Shown: piece by piece, positions 1 through 7,972 of the stretch
How positions within the stretch are numbered: the first letter of the stretch is position 1
Layout: every line of letters begins with the position of its first letter
Source: a virus
IMG/VR virus record: IMGVR_UViG_3300036761_003779
Location: 32,001-96,000 of that record
Reading direction: 5' to 3' (one strand)
Length of the DNA: 64,000 nt
Program-made: the position numbers and the translations under genes
Notes under the pieces: generated by a model
Databases searched by the model: none
The model's input: the letters and a program-made list of their open reading frames with translations, nothing else
What the model was told of the DNA's origin: nothing

Positions 1-470
1 ACCGGCCGGTTTGGCGGCCAGGTCAGCTCGCGCCAGTCCGGCGGCCGGACCGCCGCCGCGCGCCGGGAAAGCGCCTCCTCGAGCGCGGCCTCCCCGCTCC
101 CGTCCTCCCGGACGTACTCCGCCCGGAGCCAGGCAAGCGCGGCCGCGCGCTCCTCCTCCCGCGGCCCGCGGTCCCAGACCTCGCCCCGGCAGCGGGCCAC
201 GAGATCCGCGAAGTCGAGCCCCTTCAGCGGCCCGCCCGGGTGGCTCCAGCAGTTGAACCAGCCGAGCCGCGCGCGCCCCTCCCCGTCCGTGACGTCCTCC
301 ACGCAGACGTGGAAGGAGGGGTTGCTCTCCCGGTGCTCCGGGTCCGGGCACTCGAGGTAGGCGTCCGACCCGTTCCGGTAGGCGATGACCATGCCAAGGT
401 CCGCCAGGACCTCCTCCAGGTCGAGCCGGCGGAGGAGCCGCTGCGTCCGCTGGATGTCCCGCTGGCTCAC
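1..470 (-). CDS. DNA primase, N-terminal zinc-binding domain (truncated by window edge)
   Basis: Not in the ORF track. GTG at 470 overlaps the DnaB stop (GTGA). Hand translation MSQRDIQRTQRLLRRLDLEEVLADLG...ECPDPEHRESNPSFHVC...WFNCWSH matches the DnaG CHC2 zinc-binding pattern (CPxxxH-x-E-x-x-PSF...F-x-C). Position follows dnaB. Confidence 0.8.
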   Translation of the reverse strand, partial: MSQRDIQRTQRLLRRLDLEEVLADLGMVIAYRNGSDAYLECPDPEHRESNPSFHVCVEDVTDGEGRARLGWFNCWSHPGGPLKGLDFADLVARCRGEVWDRGPREEERAAALAWLRAEYVREDGSGEAALEEALSRRAAAVRPPDWRELTWPPNRP

Positions 471-2788
471 TTGCGCCCGTCGAAGTCGGTCGTGTGCGCG
501 CCGACGCGGCAGATCTTAGGGTCGAAGAGGAAGCCCGCCGTCAGGTTCTGCGGCCCGCGCCGCTGCTTGGCGACCTTGACCTCCATCACGTCCTCGTCCG
601 CGCTCTCCGGGTCGTAGTATTTCGAGCGGTGGAGGAGGAGGATCAGGTCCCCCACCTCCTCGTAGCCGCCGGAGTTCTTCAGCTCGTCTAGCCGCGGCCG
701 CGGGTTCCGGGTCCGCTTGATGCGCCGGATCTGCTGGACCACGACTGCGCAGAACTTCCGCCGCTTCCCGAGCTTCTTGAGGCGCCGGAGGGCGTCCGTC
801 ACCTCCGCGGGTTTGAGCTCACCCTGGAGGAGGTACTCAAAGAGGTCCAGGATGACGACGTCGAAGTCGTCCTCCTCCACGCGCATCTCCAGGTCGTCGA
901 GGGAGGAGACCTCGTCGTCGAAGGTCACCAGCCCCGAGTCGAGGATCGCCCGGGCGGACCGCTCCATCCGGAAGACCTCCTCGTCCGTCAGCTGGTCCGG
1001 GGTCTTCACCAGCTTCTCCGCCTCCACCTTCGCGTTCGCGCAGAGCATCTGGTCGACGACGGAGGCGGTCCCCGCCTCCACCGGGCAGTTCAGGACGCGC
1101 CGGCCGGCGAGGACCTGCCGGAGCGTCAGATTGGAGCAGAAGGTGCTGTTATGAGTGGGGATCATCCCTTCCCCCGCAAGGTACACCCCATCCGGAGCGT
1201 CTACCTCGATGCAGCGCACCGGGACGCTCTCCACTGGCTCGATCATCTTTACGAAGCGCCGCTGTCTGCGCGGGGAGCGGTACGACTCGAAGTGGTTCTG
1301 CTTCCGCCCCAACTTGAAGAGGTCCCCGCGATCCAGCGAGAACCACATCCGGTAAGAAACGCTCGTCTCCGGGCATCTCCCCTTCACGGCTCGCTCCCCG
1401 GTTCCAACCCGGTAACCGAGGGAGCGAACTAACTGTAGGGCGTCAAGGAAGAGGGCGCGGTTACAGAGGTCCAGTCGAACGGTCCGCCCGTAGTTCTCAA
1501 CGTACCCGTCGGTGTCTAGGAGCCCCGCCAGAAGCTCCCTCCGCTGCAGCTCTGACGCCCTGAGGTAGAGCTGCGGGATGTGTTTGTTCCCCAGGAGCCC
1601 CGCCTCACGCAGCTTCTTCTTCAGCCCAATGACGTTATACGCTCTGAAATTTCTCCTGCTCCAGCTGCTAACCCTCACCTCATACCCGTCCAGCTCCACC
1701 CGCCTGGGGATCTCCGGATCCTCGGAACCAAACCGCCCATCCGCGGCGCCCCCGTCCCCGAGCCATACCCCAAGGGTGTACGGTTCGATCGGAAGCATGA
1801 CTTCCGGCAGGTCCAGCGGCGGGAAAGGTTCCACGGAGTGGTTTAGTCGATCGTCTTGGTTCACCCGGAGCGTCCGCGCAAGCTCTACCGTCGTCCGCAC
1901 CGATCCACTCCCCCCTCCCTTCCGCTCCCGGTCGGTTCGGGTGAGCCAGAGGTGCTCGGCGTCCGCCACGAGCGAGGACCCGTCCGAGAAGACCACCCGG
2001 AAGCATGGCCTCCGAAGGAGGACCTCCCCGACCTTACGCACGGAGCGCCGCCTACCATCCGAACCAAAGACGGTCTCGCCGACGGAGATGGAACCCATCT
2101 CCACCCAACCGGCGGGCGTCGGGATCTTGGTGTCCAGCGCCAGCGCCTTGCCCATCCCCGGGCGCGCCGCCAGGACGACGAGGTCCCCGGGCTTGAGGCC
2201 CGCGTACAGGTGCTCGTCCAGGCCCGTGAAGCGGAGCGGGACGAACCGCGGTGACTTCCCGGACCGGGACTCCTCGAGGTCCGCCATCCACTCCGCGTGG
2301 AGCGCCCTCCCCTTCTTGACCCGCGTCGCGGAGGAGCCGGCGTCCCGGAGCTTCTTGACGATGGAGAGGGCGTGTCCCTGCGCCTCCTCCAGCCCGGCGT
2401 TCGGGTCGTCCATCGAGGCGTAGAGGGAGGCGAAGTCCTCCCCGGCGGAGAACTTGGCCGCGTCGCGGCGGAGCTGGTCCAGGTGAATCGACAGGTTCTC
2501 CGGCGGGAGCGGCTCGAACTGCTCCTCGAGCTTCCGGAGGTAGGCGAGGTCGACCTCCCCGGCCCCCAGCTGAACAACGCTGTCCGCCGCGTAGGAGGCG
2601 CCCCGCTTCCGGAGTTCCCGGAGCGCGGCCGCGATGGCGCGGTGCCGCGGGTGGTTGAACAGCTCCGGCCGGAGGGCGCCCGCCTCCCGCTGGAAGGCCG
2701 CCGGGTCCCGGACGAGGGCGCCGAGGACCACCTGCTCGTTGTCCACGTTCACGTCGATTAGGAGCGTCCCGGAGTCCCGCTTGCTCAC
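467..2788 (-). CDS. dnaB: Replicative DNA helicase DnaB-like, intein-containing
   Basis: N-terminal EQVVLGAL...FNHPRHRAI; Walker A LAARPGMGK|S split by an intein; VVILD; QIRR...RPRLDELKNSGGYEEVGDLILLLHR; VAKQRRGP. Start moved to GTG 2788, which overlaps the loader stop. Confidence 0.92.
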   Translation of the reverse strand: MSKRDSGTLLIDVNVDNEQVVLGALVRDPAAFQREAGALRPELFNHPRHRAIAAALRELRKRGASYAADSVVQLGAGEVDLAYLRKLEEQFEPLPPENLSIHLDQLRRDAAKFSAGEDFASLYASMDDPNAGLEEAQGHALSIVKKLRDAGSSATRVKKGRALHAEWMADLEESRSGKSPRFVPLRFTGLDEHLYAGLKPGDLVVLAARPGMGKALALDTKIPTPAGWVEMGSISVGETVFGSDGRRRSVRKVGEVLLRRPCFRVVFSDGSSLVADAEHLWLTRTDRERKGGGSGSVRTTVELARTLRVNQDDRLNHSVEPFPPLDLPEVMLPIEPYTLGVWLGDGGAADGRFGSEDPEIPRRVELDGYEVRVSSWSRRNFRAYNVIGLKKKLREAGLLGNKHIPQLYLRASELQRRELLAGLLDTDGYVENYGRTVRLDLCNRALFLDALQLVRSLGYRVGTGERAVKGRCPETSVSYRMWFSLDRGDLFKLGRKQNHFESYRSPRRQRRFVKMIEPVESVPVRCIEVDAPDGVYLAGEGMIPTHNSTFCSNLTLRQVLAGRRVLNCPVEAGTASVVDQMLCANAKVEAEKLVKTPDQLTDEEVFRMERSARAILDSGLVTFDDEVSSLDDLEMRVEEDDFDVVILDLFEYLLQGELKPAEVTDALRRLKKLGKRRKFCAVVVQQIRRIKRTRNPRPRLDELKNSGGYEEVGDLILLLHRSKYYDPESADEDVMEVKVAKQRRGPQNLTAGFLFDPKICRVGAHTTDFDGRK
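1148..2146 (-). mobile_element. Class 3 intein with LAGLIDADG homing endonuclease, in the DnaB P-loop
   Basis: Starts ALALDTKIPTPAGW (Ala1); block B DAEHLW; block F VRCIEVD; ends PTHN|S (W-C-T triplet); LAGLIDADG motifs LGVWLGDG and LLAGLLDTDG; 333 aa. Confidence 0.9.
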
Positions 2789-3435
2789 GCGCCCCTCCTC
2801 GTCCCGCCGGTCAGGGCGGCCACCTCGAAGTAGCGGAGGAAGTCCCGGAAGCGCGGGGAGAGCCCCGGGAGCCGCTTGCCGGAGGCGTCCGCCTCCCCGT
2901 CCACGTTCCCCGTCAGGATGACGGACCGCTCGTCCTCCCAGCGCCGCTCCACGACGGACTCCACGAACTGCTCCTCCCCTCGGTAGCCGGCGACGCGCGC
3001 CACGTCGTCGATCAGGAGGAGGGAGCAGGAGTCGAGCCGGTCCCTGGTGGCGCTCCGACGCTCCTCGTCCTCCCCCTCCTCCTCCCGCCCGGAGAGGGAG
3101 CGGAAGCGGAGGTCCGCGAGCTGCGGCACCCGGATGAAGAGCGGCGAGAAGCCCGGCGGGCAGCGCCCGTCCGACGTGCCCAGGTACGCCTGGAGGAGGA
3201 GCCAGCAGGCGGCCCGGGTCTTCCCGCTCCCGAAGGGTCCGCTCAGGAGGAGGAAGACCGGCTCCGTCAGGAAGCGCCGGGAGCGGAGGGTCTCCCCGAT
3301 CGCGGCGATCTGGTCCAGCGCGGCGAGGTAGTCCCCGGAGGCGCCCGGTCGCATGCCGTCGAGGTCCAGGCGGGCGAACTTCCGCGGGCACGCCGTCCGC
3401 GGGAGGAACTTGCTAAGCTCGACCTCGCTCATCAT
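2785..3435 (-). CDS. DnaC/IstB-like AAA+ helicase loader
   Basis: Walker A LLLSGPFGSGKT, Walker B LLLIDDV, sensor VILTGN; lies between the initiator and DnaB. Confidence 0.85.
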   Translation of the reverse strand: MMSEVELSKFLPRTACPRKFARLDLDGMRPGASGDYLAALDQIAAIGETLRSRRFLTEPVFLLLSGPFGSGKTRAACWLLLQAYLGTSDGRCPPGFSPLFIRVPQLADLRFRSLSGREEEGEDEERRSATRDRLDSCSLLLIDDVARVAGYRGEEQFVESVVERRWEDERSVILTGNVDGEADASGKRLPGLSPRFRDFLRYFEVAALTGGTRRGA

Positions 3436-3439
3436 CCGG

Positions 3440-4678
3440 TCAGACCTCCTCCCCGACGTGGAGCTTCACCTGGCTCAGCGGGATCCCCAGCTTCTCCGCC
3501 TTCCGCCGCCGCTTCTCCTGGATCTCCGCCGCCTTCTTGTCCCAGTGCGCCCGGTCCTCGCCCCAGGCGTCGTTTACCTCGACCGGGGAGGGCGCCTTCC
3601 CGCCTCCCCTGGGTCTATCCAGGGATGCCAGCACGGCCGGGTTCCTCGGGAGGATGTGATACGCAAGACTGACCGGGTGTCCCGCGCCCTCCGCCTTCGC
3701 GAGGATCCCGTCCACCGCGTCCCGCCACCGCTCCCCGGAGGCCCCGAGGTGAAGCTCCGTGTAGTTCCGGCAGGTCCTGGCGACGCGCAGCTCGTAGGCG
3801 GAGTCACACGGGGCGAAGGCCGGGTCCTCCGATCCCCGGGCCTCCCGATAGCGGCAAACCCAATACCCGACCAGGTCCGCGTCCCGCCAGTTGGAGGGGT
3901 TCCTCCGGCGCCAGCCGTTCCACTTCGGGCGGGTGGACGGCTCCGGGCGAATCTTATCCGCGTCCTTTATCCGGGCCAGGAGGGAGCGTTCCTCCTCCCG
4001 GAGCTGCTGGACCTCGAGGGAGCCCCCCTCCAGGTTCAGTCCCCGGAGCTTCTCCCGGACCTCCCGGAGTTGATCCCGGAGGGGCCCGCCTCCCTCGGGA
4101 TGTCCCGGGAGACCCGCGGCGTCCGCGGGTCTTTTATCCGGTTCCCCATTTTCTCCGTGCTTATTTCTTATGGGAGGGTCCAGGTGACCCCCCCGAATGA
4201 GCCCGTCGGGGGGGTCCAGGTGACCCCCCGGATGCGCGTTTTCCGGGGGGGTCAAGGTGACCCCCCCGTTCGCGGGCGGTTCGACCGCGCTCGCCTCGTC
4301 CCCCGGCTCGACGCGGAGGGTGACGCGGCCGCGCTTCAGGTACGCCCTCCCGGCCTCCGCCGCCTGCGTCGGGAGGAAGGTCTCGACGTCCACCACCGTC
4401 GTCCCGCGTCCGTTCCGCCGGTGCGTCCGGTGAGCGTAGCCCTTCCGCTCCAGACCGTCGAGCGCCCGCCGGACGTTCCGGCGGTCCTTCCCGAGCCAGC
4501 TCCCGACGTTCTGCATCGACGGCTGATCCCCGCTCATCTCCACGTTCTCCCGTCCGTGGAAGGCAATGAAGACCAGTTTCTCCGCGTCCGTCAGGTCCGG
4601 GGCGCAGAGGACCGCGCGGCATGCTACGAAGAAGTAGTAAGAATCCTTATTACTTACGTCAATAGTACGCTCAGACAT
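3440..4678 (-). CDS. Replication initiator with N-terminal winged HTH (lambda O-like organisation)
   Basis: DLTDAEKLVF...PSMQNVGSWLGKDRRNVRRALDGLERKGY wHTH; internal iterons; upstream of loader and DnaB; ATG at 4678. Confidence 0.75.
   Translation of the reverse strand: MSERTIDVSNKDSYYFFVACRAVLCAPDLTDAEKLVFIAFHGRENVEMSGDQPSMQNVGSWLGKDRRNVRRALDGLERKGYAHRTHRRNGRGTTVVDVETFLPTQAAEAGRAYLKRGRVTLRVEPGDEASAVEPPANGGVTLTPPENAHPGGHLDPPDGLIRGGHLDPPIRNKHGENGEPDKRPADAAGLPGHPEGGGPLRDQLREVREKLRGLNLEGGSLEVQQLREEERSLLARIKDADKIRPEPSTRPKWNGWRRRNPSNWRDADLVGYWVCRYREARGSEDPAFAPCDSAYELRVARTCRNYTELHLGASGERWRDAVDGILAKAEGAGHPVSLAYHILPRNPAVLASLDRPRGGGKAPSPVEVNDAWGEDRAHWDKKAAEIQEKRRRKAEKLGIPLSQVKLHVGEEV
4172..4267. repeat. 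Three iterons, probable replication origin
   Basis: Core GGGTC(C/A)AGGTGACCCCCC at 4176, 4212 and 4249; each is quasi-palindromic; adjacent AT-rich stretch at ~4148-4171. Confidence 0.7.
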
Positions 4679-5096
4679 TGTAGCCCTCCGCCCGGAAGCG
4701 TCTGGTGGCCTCCTCGATGATCTCCCGCCGCGCCAGGGAGTGCGCCGGCGCAATCCGGTGGTCCTCCGGGATCCTCACCCGCAGGTCTACCTTCGTCCCC
4801 CTCTTCTCGTAGGTCCGCCGCACGAACCCACGCTCCACCAGCCGCCGGATCGCCCGAGCGGCGGTCGCTCGGGAGATTCCCAGGATGGAATAGAGGATCC
4901 CCATCCGGAACTCCGGCCCGGCAAGGTAGGAGATCCCGAGGTACACGATGCGCTCCGTTGGGGTCAGCTCGACGTCCAGGAGGATCGGGAGCGGCGCCGG
5001 GACGGACTCGTACTCCCCCGGGTCCGTGACGTCGAACCGACGCGGGGTGACGTCCCCCCGCAGGAGCAGGTCGACGACGGTGAGTTTTTCTCTCAT
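4671..5096 (-). CDS. Winged helix-turn-helix DNA-binding protein
   Basis: ELTPTERIVY...ILGISRATAARAIRRLVERGFVRR. Confidence 0.7.
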   Translation of the reverse strand: MREKLTVVDLLLRGDVTPRRFDVTDPGEYESVPAPLPILLDVELTPTERIVYLGISYLAGPEFRMGILYSILGISRATAARAIRRLVERGFVRRTYEKRGTKVDLRVRIPEDHRIAPAHSLARREIIEEATRRFRAEGYNV

Positions 5097-5166
5097 CTTG
5101 AACCACCTGTAGAGTTTTGAAACCGGAACCTAGTCCAGTCTTAGACGGATCTGAAGTAGGATGCGC

Positions 5167-7941
5167 TCAGGACAGTCGGCGGAACGGGAGGGCGCGGATC
5201 CGCGCCTGGAAGAACCGCCCCTTGCTCCCCGCCGCGAGTAGCTCCGGGAGGAGCGGCCCGGCGCCCGGGTAGACGTACTCGGCGCCCTTCCTGAACCGGA
5301 CGAGGAGGTCCTCCCCGTCCCGGCGGACCGCCGCGAGGTTCTCGCTCTCGACCGCGACCCAGCCGCCCGCCGCCGACGCCGGCCCGGGCTCAGCCTCCAG
5401 CCCCCGGAGCAGCTCCGGCGTCAGCTCGACCCGCTCCCCGGCCCGCTCCGAGAACCAGGCCCGGTGCGGCGCCTGGACCGCGTTCCGGATGGCCCGGGCG
5501 TGCGACCGGAGCGGCCGGACGAGGCGGTCCCAGAAGTAGAAGTACACGGCGTCGACCTTCCCCTCGTGCCGACGCTTGAGGCGCCCGACCTGCTGCGTGA
5601 ACCGCCCCGGGTTTGCCGCCGCCGGCGTCATGCCGAAGCCGCGGTCGAGCCGCTTCACGTCCATCCCCTCGTCCGCCACCGTCGTCCCGACCGCCACGCG
5701 GAGGGTCCCGTCCTCGAGCCCCTCCGCCGTCCGGTCCTGCTCCTTCGCGTCCCGCCCGCCCATGAGGCGCCCGGCGTGGACGCCCCGCCGCTTCAGCCAC
5801 GCCTGGATCTCGAGGCACATCTCCCGGCGGTCCGCGAGGAGGAGGCACGTCCGCCCGGCGGCGATCTCCGGGAGGAGGTACTCGAGGACCCGCGCGCGCC
5901 GGCGCTCGTCCCGCGTGGCCGCGTCGAGCATCTCCGCGTAGGTGTTCAGCGGCCCCGCAAAGTGGGTCTCCTTCGCCCAGCGGCGGACCGCCGCCGTCCC
6001 CGTCTCCCGCTCCAGCCGCTCGAAGCCGGCCGCCTCCAGCTCCGCCTCCCGGTTCAGGTCGAAGGCGAAGTCCGTCGGGACCACGACCACGTCCACGGGG
6101 ACGATGCGGTTGAAGCGGTCCAGGTCCTCGTCCCGGATCTCGAAGAGGACCCGCGGCCCGCGCGCCGTCCCGCCGCCCCGCTTCGGGACGTACTCGACCC
6201 CGAAGGCGTCGAAGAACAGCGGCTCCTTCTTGTCCCGCCGGTGCGGCGTGGCGGTGGCCGCCAGCCGGTTCCGAGCCGGGAATAAACTGATACATTCCGA
6301 GAACGTAGACGCGGCGCAATGGTGCGCCTCGTCAAGTATCAGCGTCCCCCAGCGGTTCACCCAGCCCGGGTCCGCCTTGACCTTGTTCAGGACGGAGCGG
6401 ATCATCCCGACGATCAGGTCCCCGTCCCGCTTCTCCCGCCCGTAGAGGACACCGATCCGCCGCTCCGGGACGGAGAACCGCGCCGCCGCCTTCCCCACCC
6501 ACTGCCGGAGGATCCGCTCCGTGTGGCAGAGCACCAGCGTCCGCTCCCCGAGGTCCGAGATGGCCTTGAGCAGGATCTCCGTCTTCCCGGAGTTGTGATG
6601 CCAGAGACCTCCGGCCCAGTAGTTCCCAAAGACCGGGACGTTGAAGTCAAAGTACGGCTCCGCCGGGACCGCCCGCGCGGAGAGGACCCGGACGAACTCC
6701 ACTGGACCCGGGTTATAGGTCCCTGTTAAGATGGACCCACCTAGAGGTGACTCGGATGAGAGAACGCCAGATGTGGGACAAAGCGCGCCGTCAGCGAGCC
6801 GCGGAGCTGTACCGCTCCGGACTCCTCCTAGAGGAGGTGGCGTCCGCCCTTGGGACGAGTCGGAACCGCGTCCGGGAGGCGCTCCGAACGCTTGGGGTGG
6901 AGGTTCGCCCGACTGCGTTCCAGAAGGGCGGGCTGACCGGTCGGAGGAACCCGAATTGGAAGAGCGATCGCCGGGTGGATGAGGATGGATACGTCCTCCT
7001 TCGGGTCCCGGGACACCCGGACGCAAAGCCGGGGGGATGGGTACTCGAGCACCGCCTGGTGATGGAGGGTCTTCTTGGGCGCCGCCTGACCGCGGAGGAA
7101 GTGGTCCATCACCGAAACGGAGATCGAGGAGACAACCGTCCGGAGAACCTCCAGCCGTTCGACTCCAATGGAGCGCATCTTGCGCATGAGCTTCGAGGGA
7201 GGACGCCGAACTGGACGGAAGGAGGACGCCAACGGACCCTGGACGGCCTGGAGCGGTGGCGTGGAGAGCTTCATAGATCTCACGGGCGGAGAGGAAATGG
7301 TGGCCGTCCCAGAAGAGGTGTCCCGGCCTGACGCGGAAGGTCCCCACCTCCGTCTCGATCTCCACGAGCTGCGCCGCCTCGAACATCACCGGCGGGAGCG
7401 CCGCGGAGACCACGGGACCGTTCGGTCCCATTGCCCAGACGTGGAAGGGCGCGCCCTCCGCCCAGCGCTGGAGGGCGGTTACATCGCTCCCGTCCGTTGG
7501 GTCTCGAATAACGGTAGATCCGTGGATACAAGCGCACGGGCCGACGAGGATGCCGGCGCGCCGGGCGACGAGCGCCTTGGCCGCGCTCCGCTGGTCCGGC
7601 CCCAGCTCCCACTCCGGCGGGCTCCGGTAGACGAAGGGGAGCGGCCCGGTCCCGCGGACCGTCCGGTCCACGGGCTCGATCTCCGCGCCGACCCGCGCCA
7701 GGAGCCGCTGGAGGACGACCCAGCCGCCGCGCGGGAGGAGGAGGTCCTCCCCCTCGTCCAGCACCAGGCTGAGCTTCCGCGGGGTCTCCCCCGTCCAGAA
7801 GCCCATGTTCGACTTCTTCCAGAACTCCGGGTTGTCCACCTCGAACGCCTCCCGGACCTCCCGGAGGGAGAGCCCGGCGTCCTTGGCCGCGCGCTTGCTC
7901 AGGCGGAGGTGGGCGTCGACGACGACCTTCAGCTTGACCAT
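5167..7941 (-). CDS. SF2 DExH helicase (UvsW/XPB-like) with intein and C-terminal KTSC-like domain
   Basis: Q motif LGPDQ; Walker A GPCA|SGKT; LILDEAHH; TATPHRRD; DEGMDV; QQVGRLKR; C-terminal VESENLAAV...LLVRFRKGAEYVY...AGSKGRFF. Confidence 0.9.
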   Translation of the reverse strand: MVKLKVVVDAHLRLSKRAAKDAGLSLREVREAFEVDNPEFWKKSNMGFWTGETPRKLSLVLDEGEDLLLPRGGWVVLQRLLARVGAEIEPVDRTVRGTGPLPFVYRSPPEWELGPDQRSAAKALVARRAGILVGPCACIHGSTVIRDPTDGSDVTALQRWAEGAPFHVWAMGPNGPVVSAALPPVMFEAAQLVEIETEVGTFRVRPGHLFWDGHHFLSAREIYEALHATAPGRPGSVGVLLPSSSASSLEAHAQDALHWSRTAGGSPDGCLLDLRFGDGPLPPRSGGAQEDPPSPGGARVPIPPALRPGVPGPEGGRIHPHPPGDRSSNSGSSDRSARPSGTQSGEPPPQAFGAPPGRGSDSSQGRTPPPLGGVRSGTAPRLADGALCPTSGVLSSESPLGGSILTGTYNPGPVEFVRVLSARAVPAEPYFDFNVPVFGNYWAGGLWHHNSGKTEILLKAISDLGERTLVLCHTERILRQWVGKAAARFSVPERRIGVLYGREKRDGDLIVGMIRSVLNKVKADPGWVNRWGTLILDEAHHCAASTFSECISLFPARNRLAATATPHRRDKKEPLFFDAFGVEYVPKRGGGTARGPRVLFEIRDEDLDRFNRIVPVDVVVVPTDFAFDLNREAELEAAGFERLERETGTAAVRRWAKETHFAGPLNTYAEMLDAATRDERRRARVLEYLLPEIAAGRTCLLLADRREMCLEIQAWLKRRGVHAGRLMGGRDAKEQDRTAEGLEDGTLRVAVGTTVADEGMDVKRLDRGFGMTPAAANPGRFTQQVGRLKRRHEGKVDAVYFYFWDRLVRPLRSHARAIRNAVQAPHRAWFSERAGERVELTPELLRGLEAEPGPASAAGGWVAVESENLAAVRRDGEDLLVRFRKGAEYVYPGAGPLLPELLAAGSKGRFFQARIRALPFRRLS
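6703..6732 (+). promoter_or_regulatory. Candidate sigma70-type promoter of the antisense HNH gene
   Basis: TGGACC-N18-TAAGAT with extended -10 TGn; the same motif occurs at 61568-61595 and 63801-63828. Confidence 0.5.
6756..7331 (+). CDS. HNH homing endonuclease with N-terminal HTH, nested antisense within the intein
   Basis: HTH ELYRSGLLLEEVASALGTSRNRVREALR; GRRNPNWK; GYVLLRVPGHP; EHRLVMEGLLGRRL...EVVHHRNGDRGDNRPENL (HNH_3/I-HmuI-like); GAGGT 7 nt before ATG 6756 (alternative GTG 6747). Confidence 0.9.
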   Translation: MRERQMWDKARRQRAAELYRSGLLLEEVASALGTSRNRVREALRTLGVEVRPTAFQKGGLTGRRNPNWKSDRRVDEDGYVLLRVPGHPDAKPGGWVLEHRLVMEGLLGRRLTAEEVVHHRNGDRGDNRPENLQPFDSNGAHLAHELRGRTPNWTEGGRQRTLDGLERWRGELHRSHGRRGNGGRPRRGVPA

Positions 7942-7972
7942 GCGGGGAGGTAGGCGGGATGAGCCGGTGAGC

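Larger units (their letters stand above)
6592..7530 (-). mobile_element. Intein in the SF2 helicase Walker A motif, carrying an antisense HNH gene
   Basis: Block A CIHGSTVI; block B FRVRPGHLFW; blocks F/G YFDFNVPVFGNYWAGGLWHHN|S; excision restores GPCASGKT; 313 aa; the central part is Pro/Ser/Gly-rich with no endonuclease motifs in frame. Confidence 0.88.

Noticed and set aside
2789-3391. N-terminal ~200 aa of the 974-aa track ORF
   Set aside because: Arg/Pro-rich shadow frame over the DnaC-like gene; DnaB homology starts at GTG 2788.
4172-4267. Possible mini CRISPR array
   Set aside because: Only three ~20-nt repeats with ~15-nt spacers, inside a gene, and no cas genes; iterons fit better.
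6592-7530. Group I intron explanation for the helicase insertion
   Set aside because: The frame is uninterrupted and bounded by canonical Cys...HN|Ser intein motifs.
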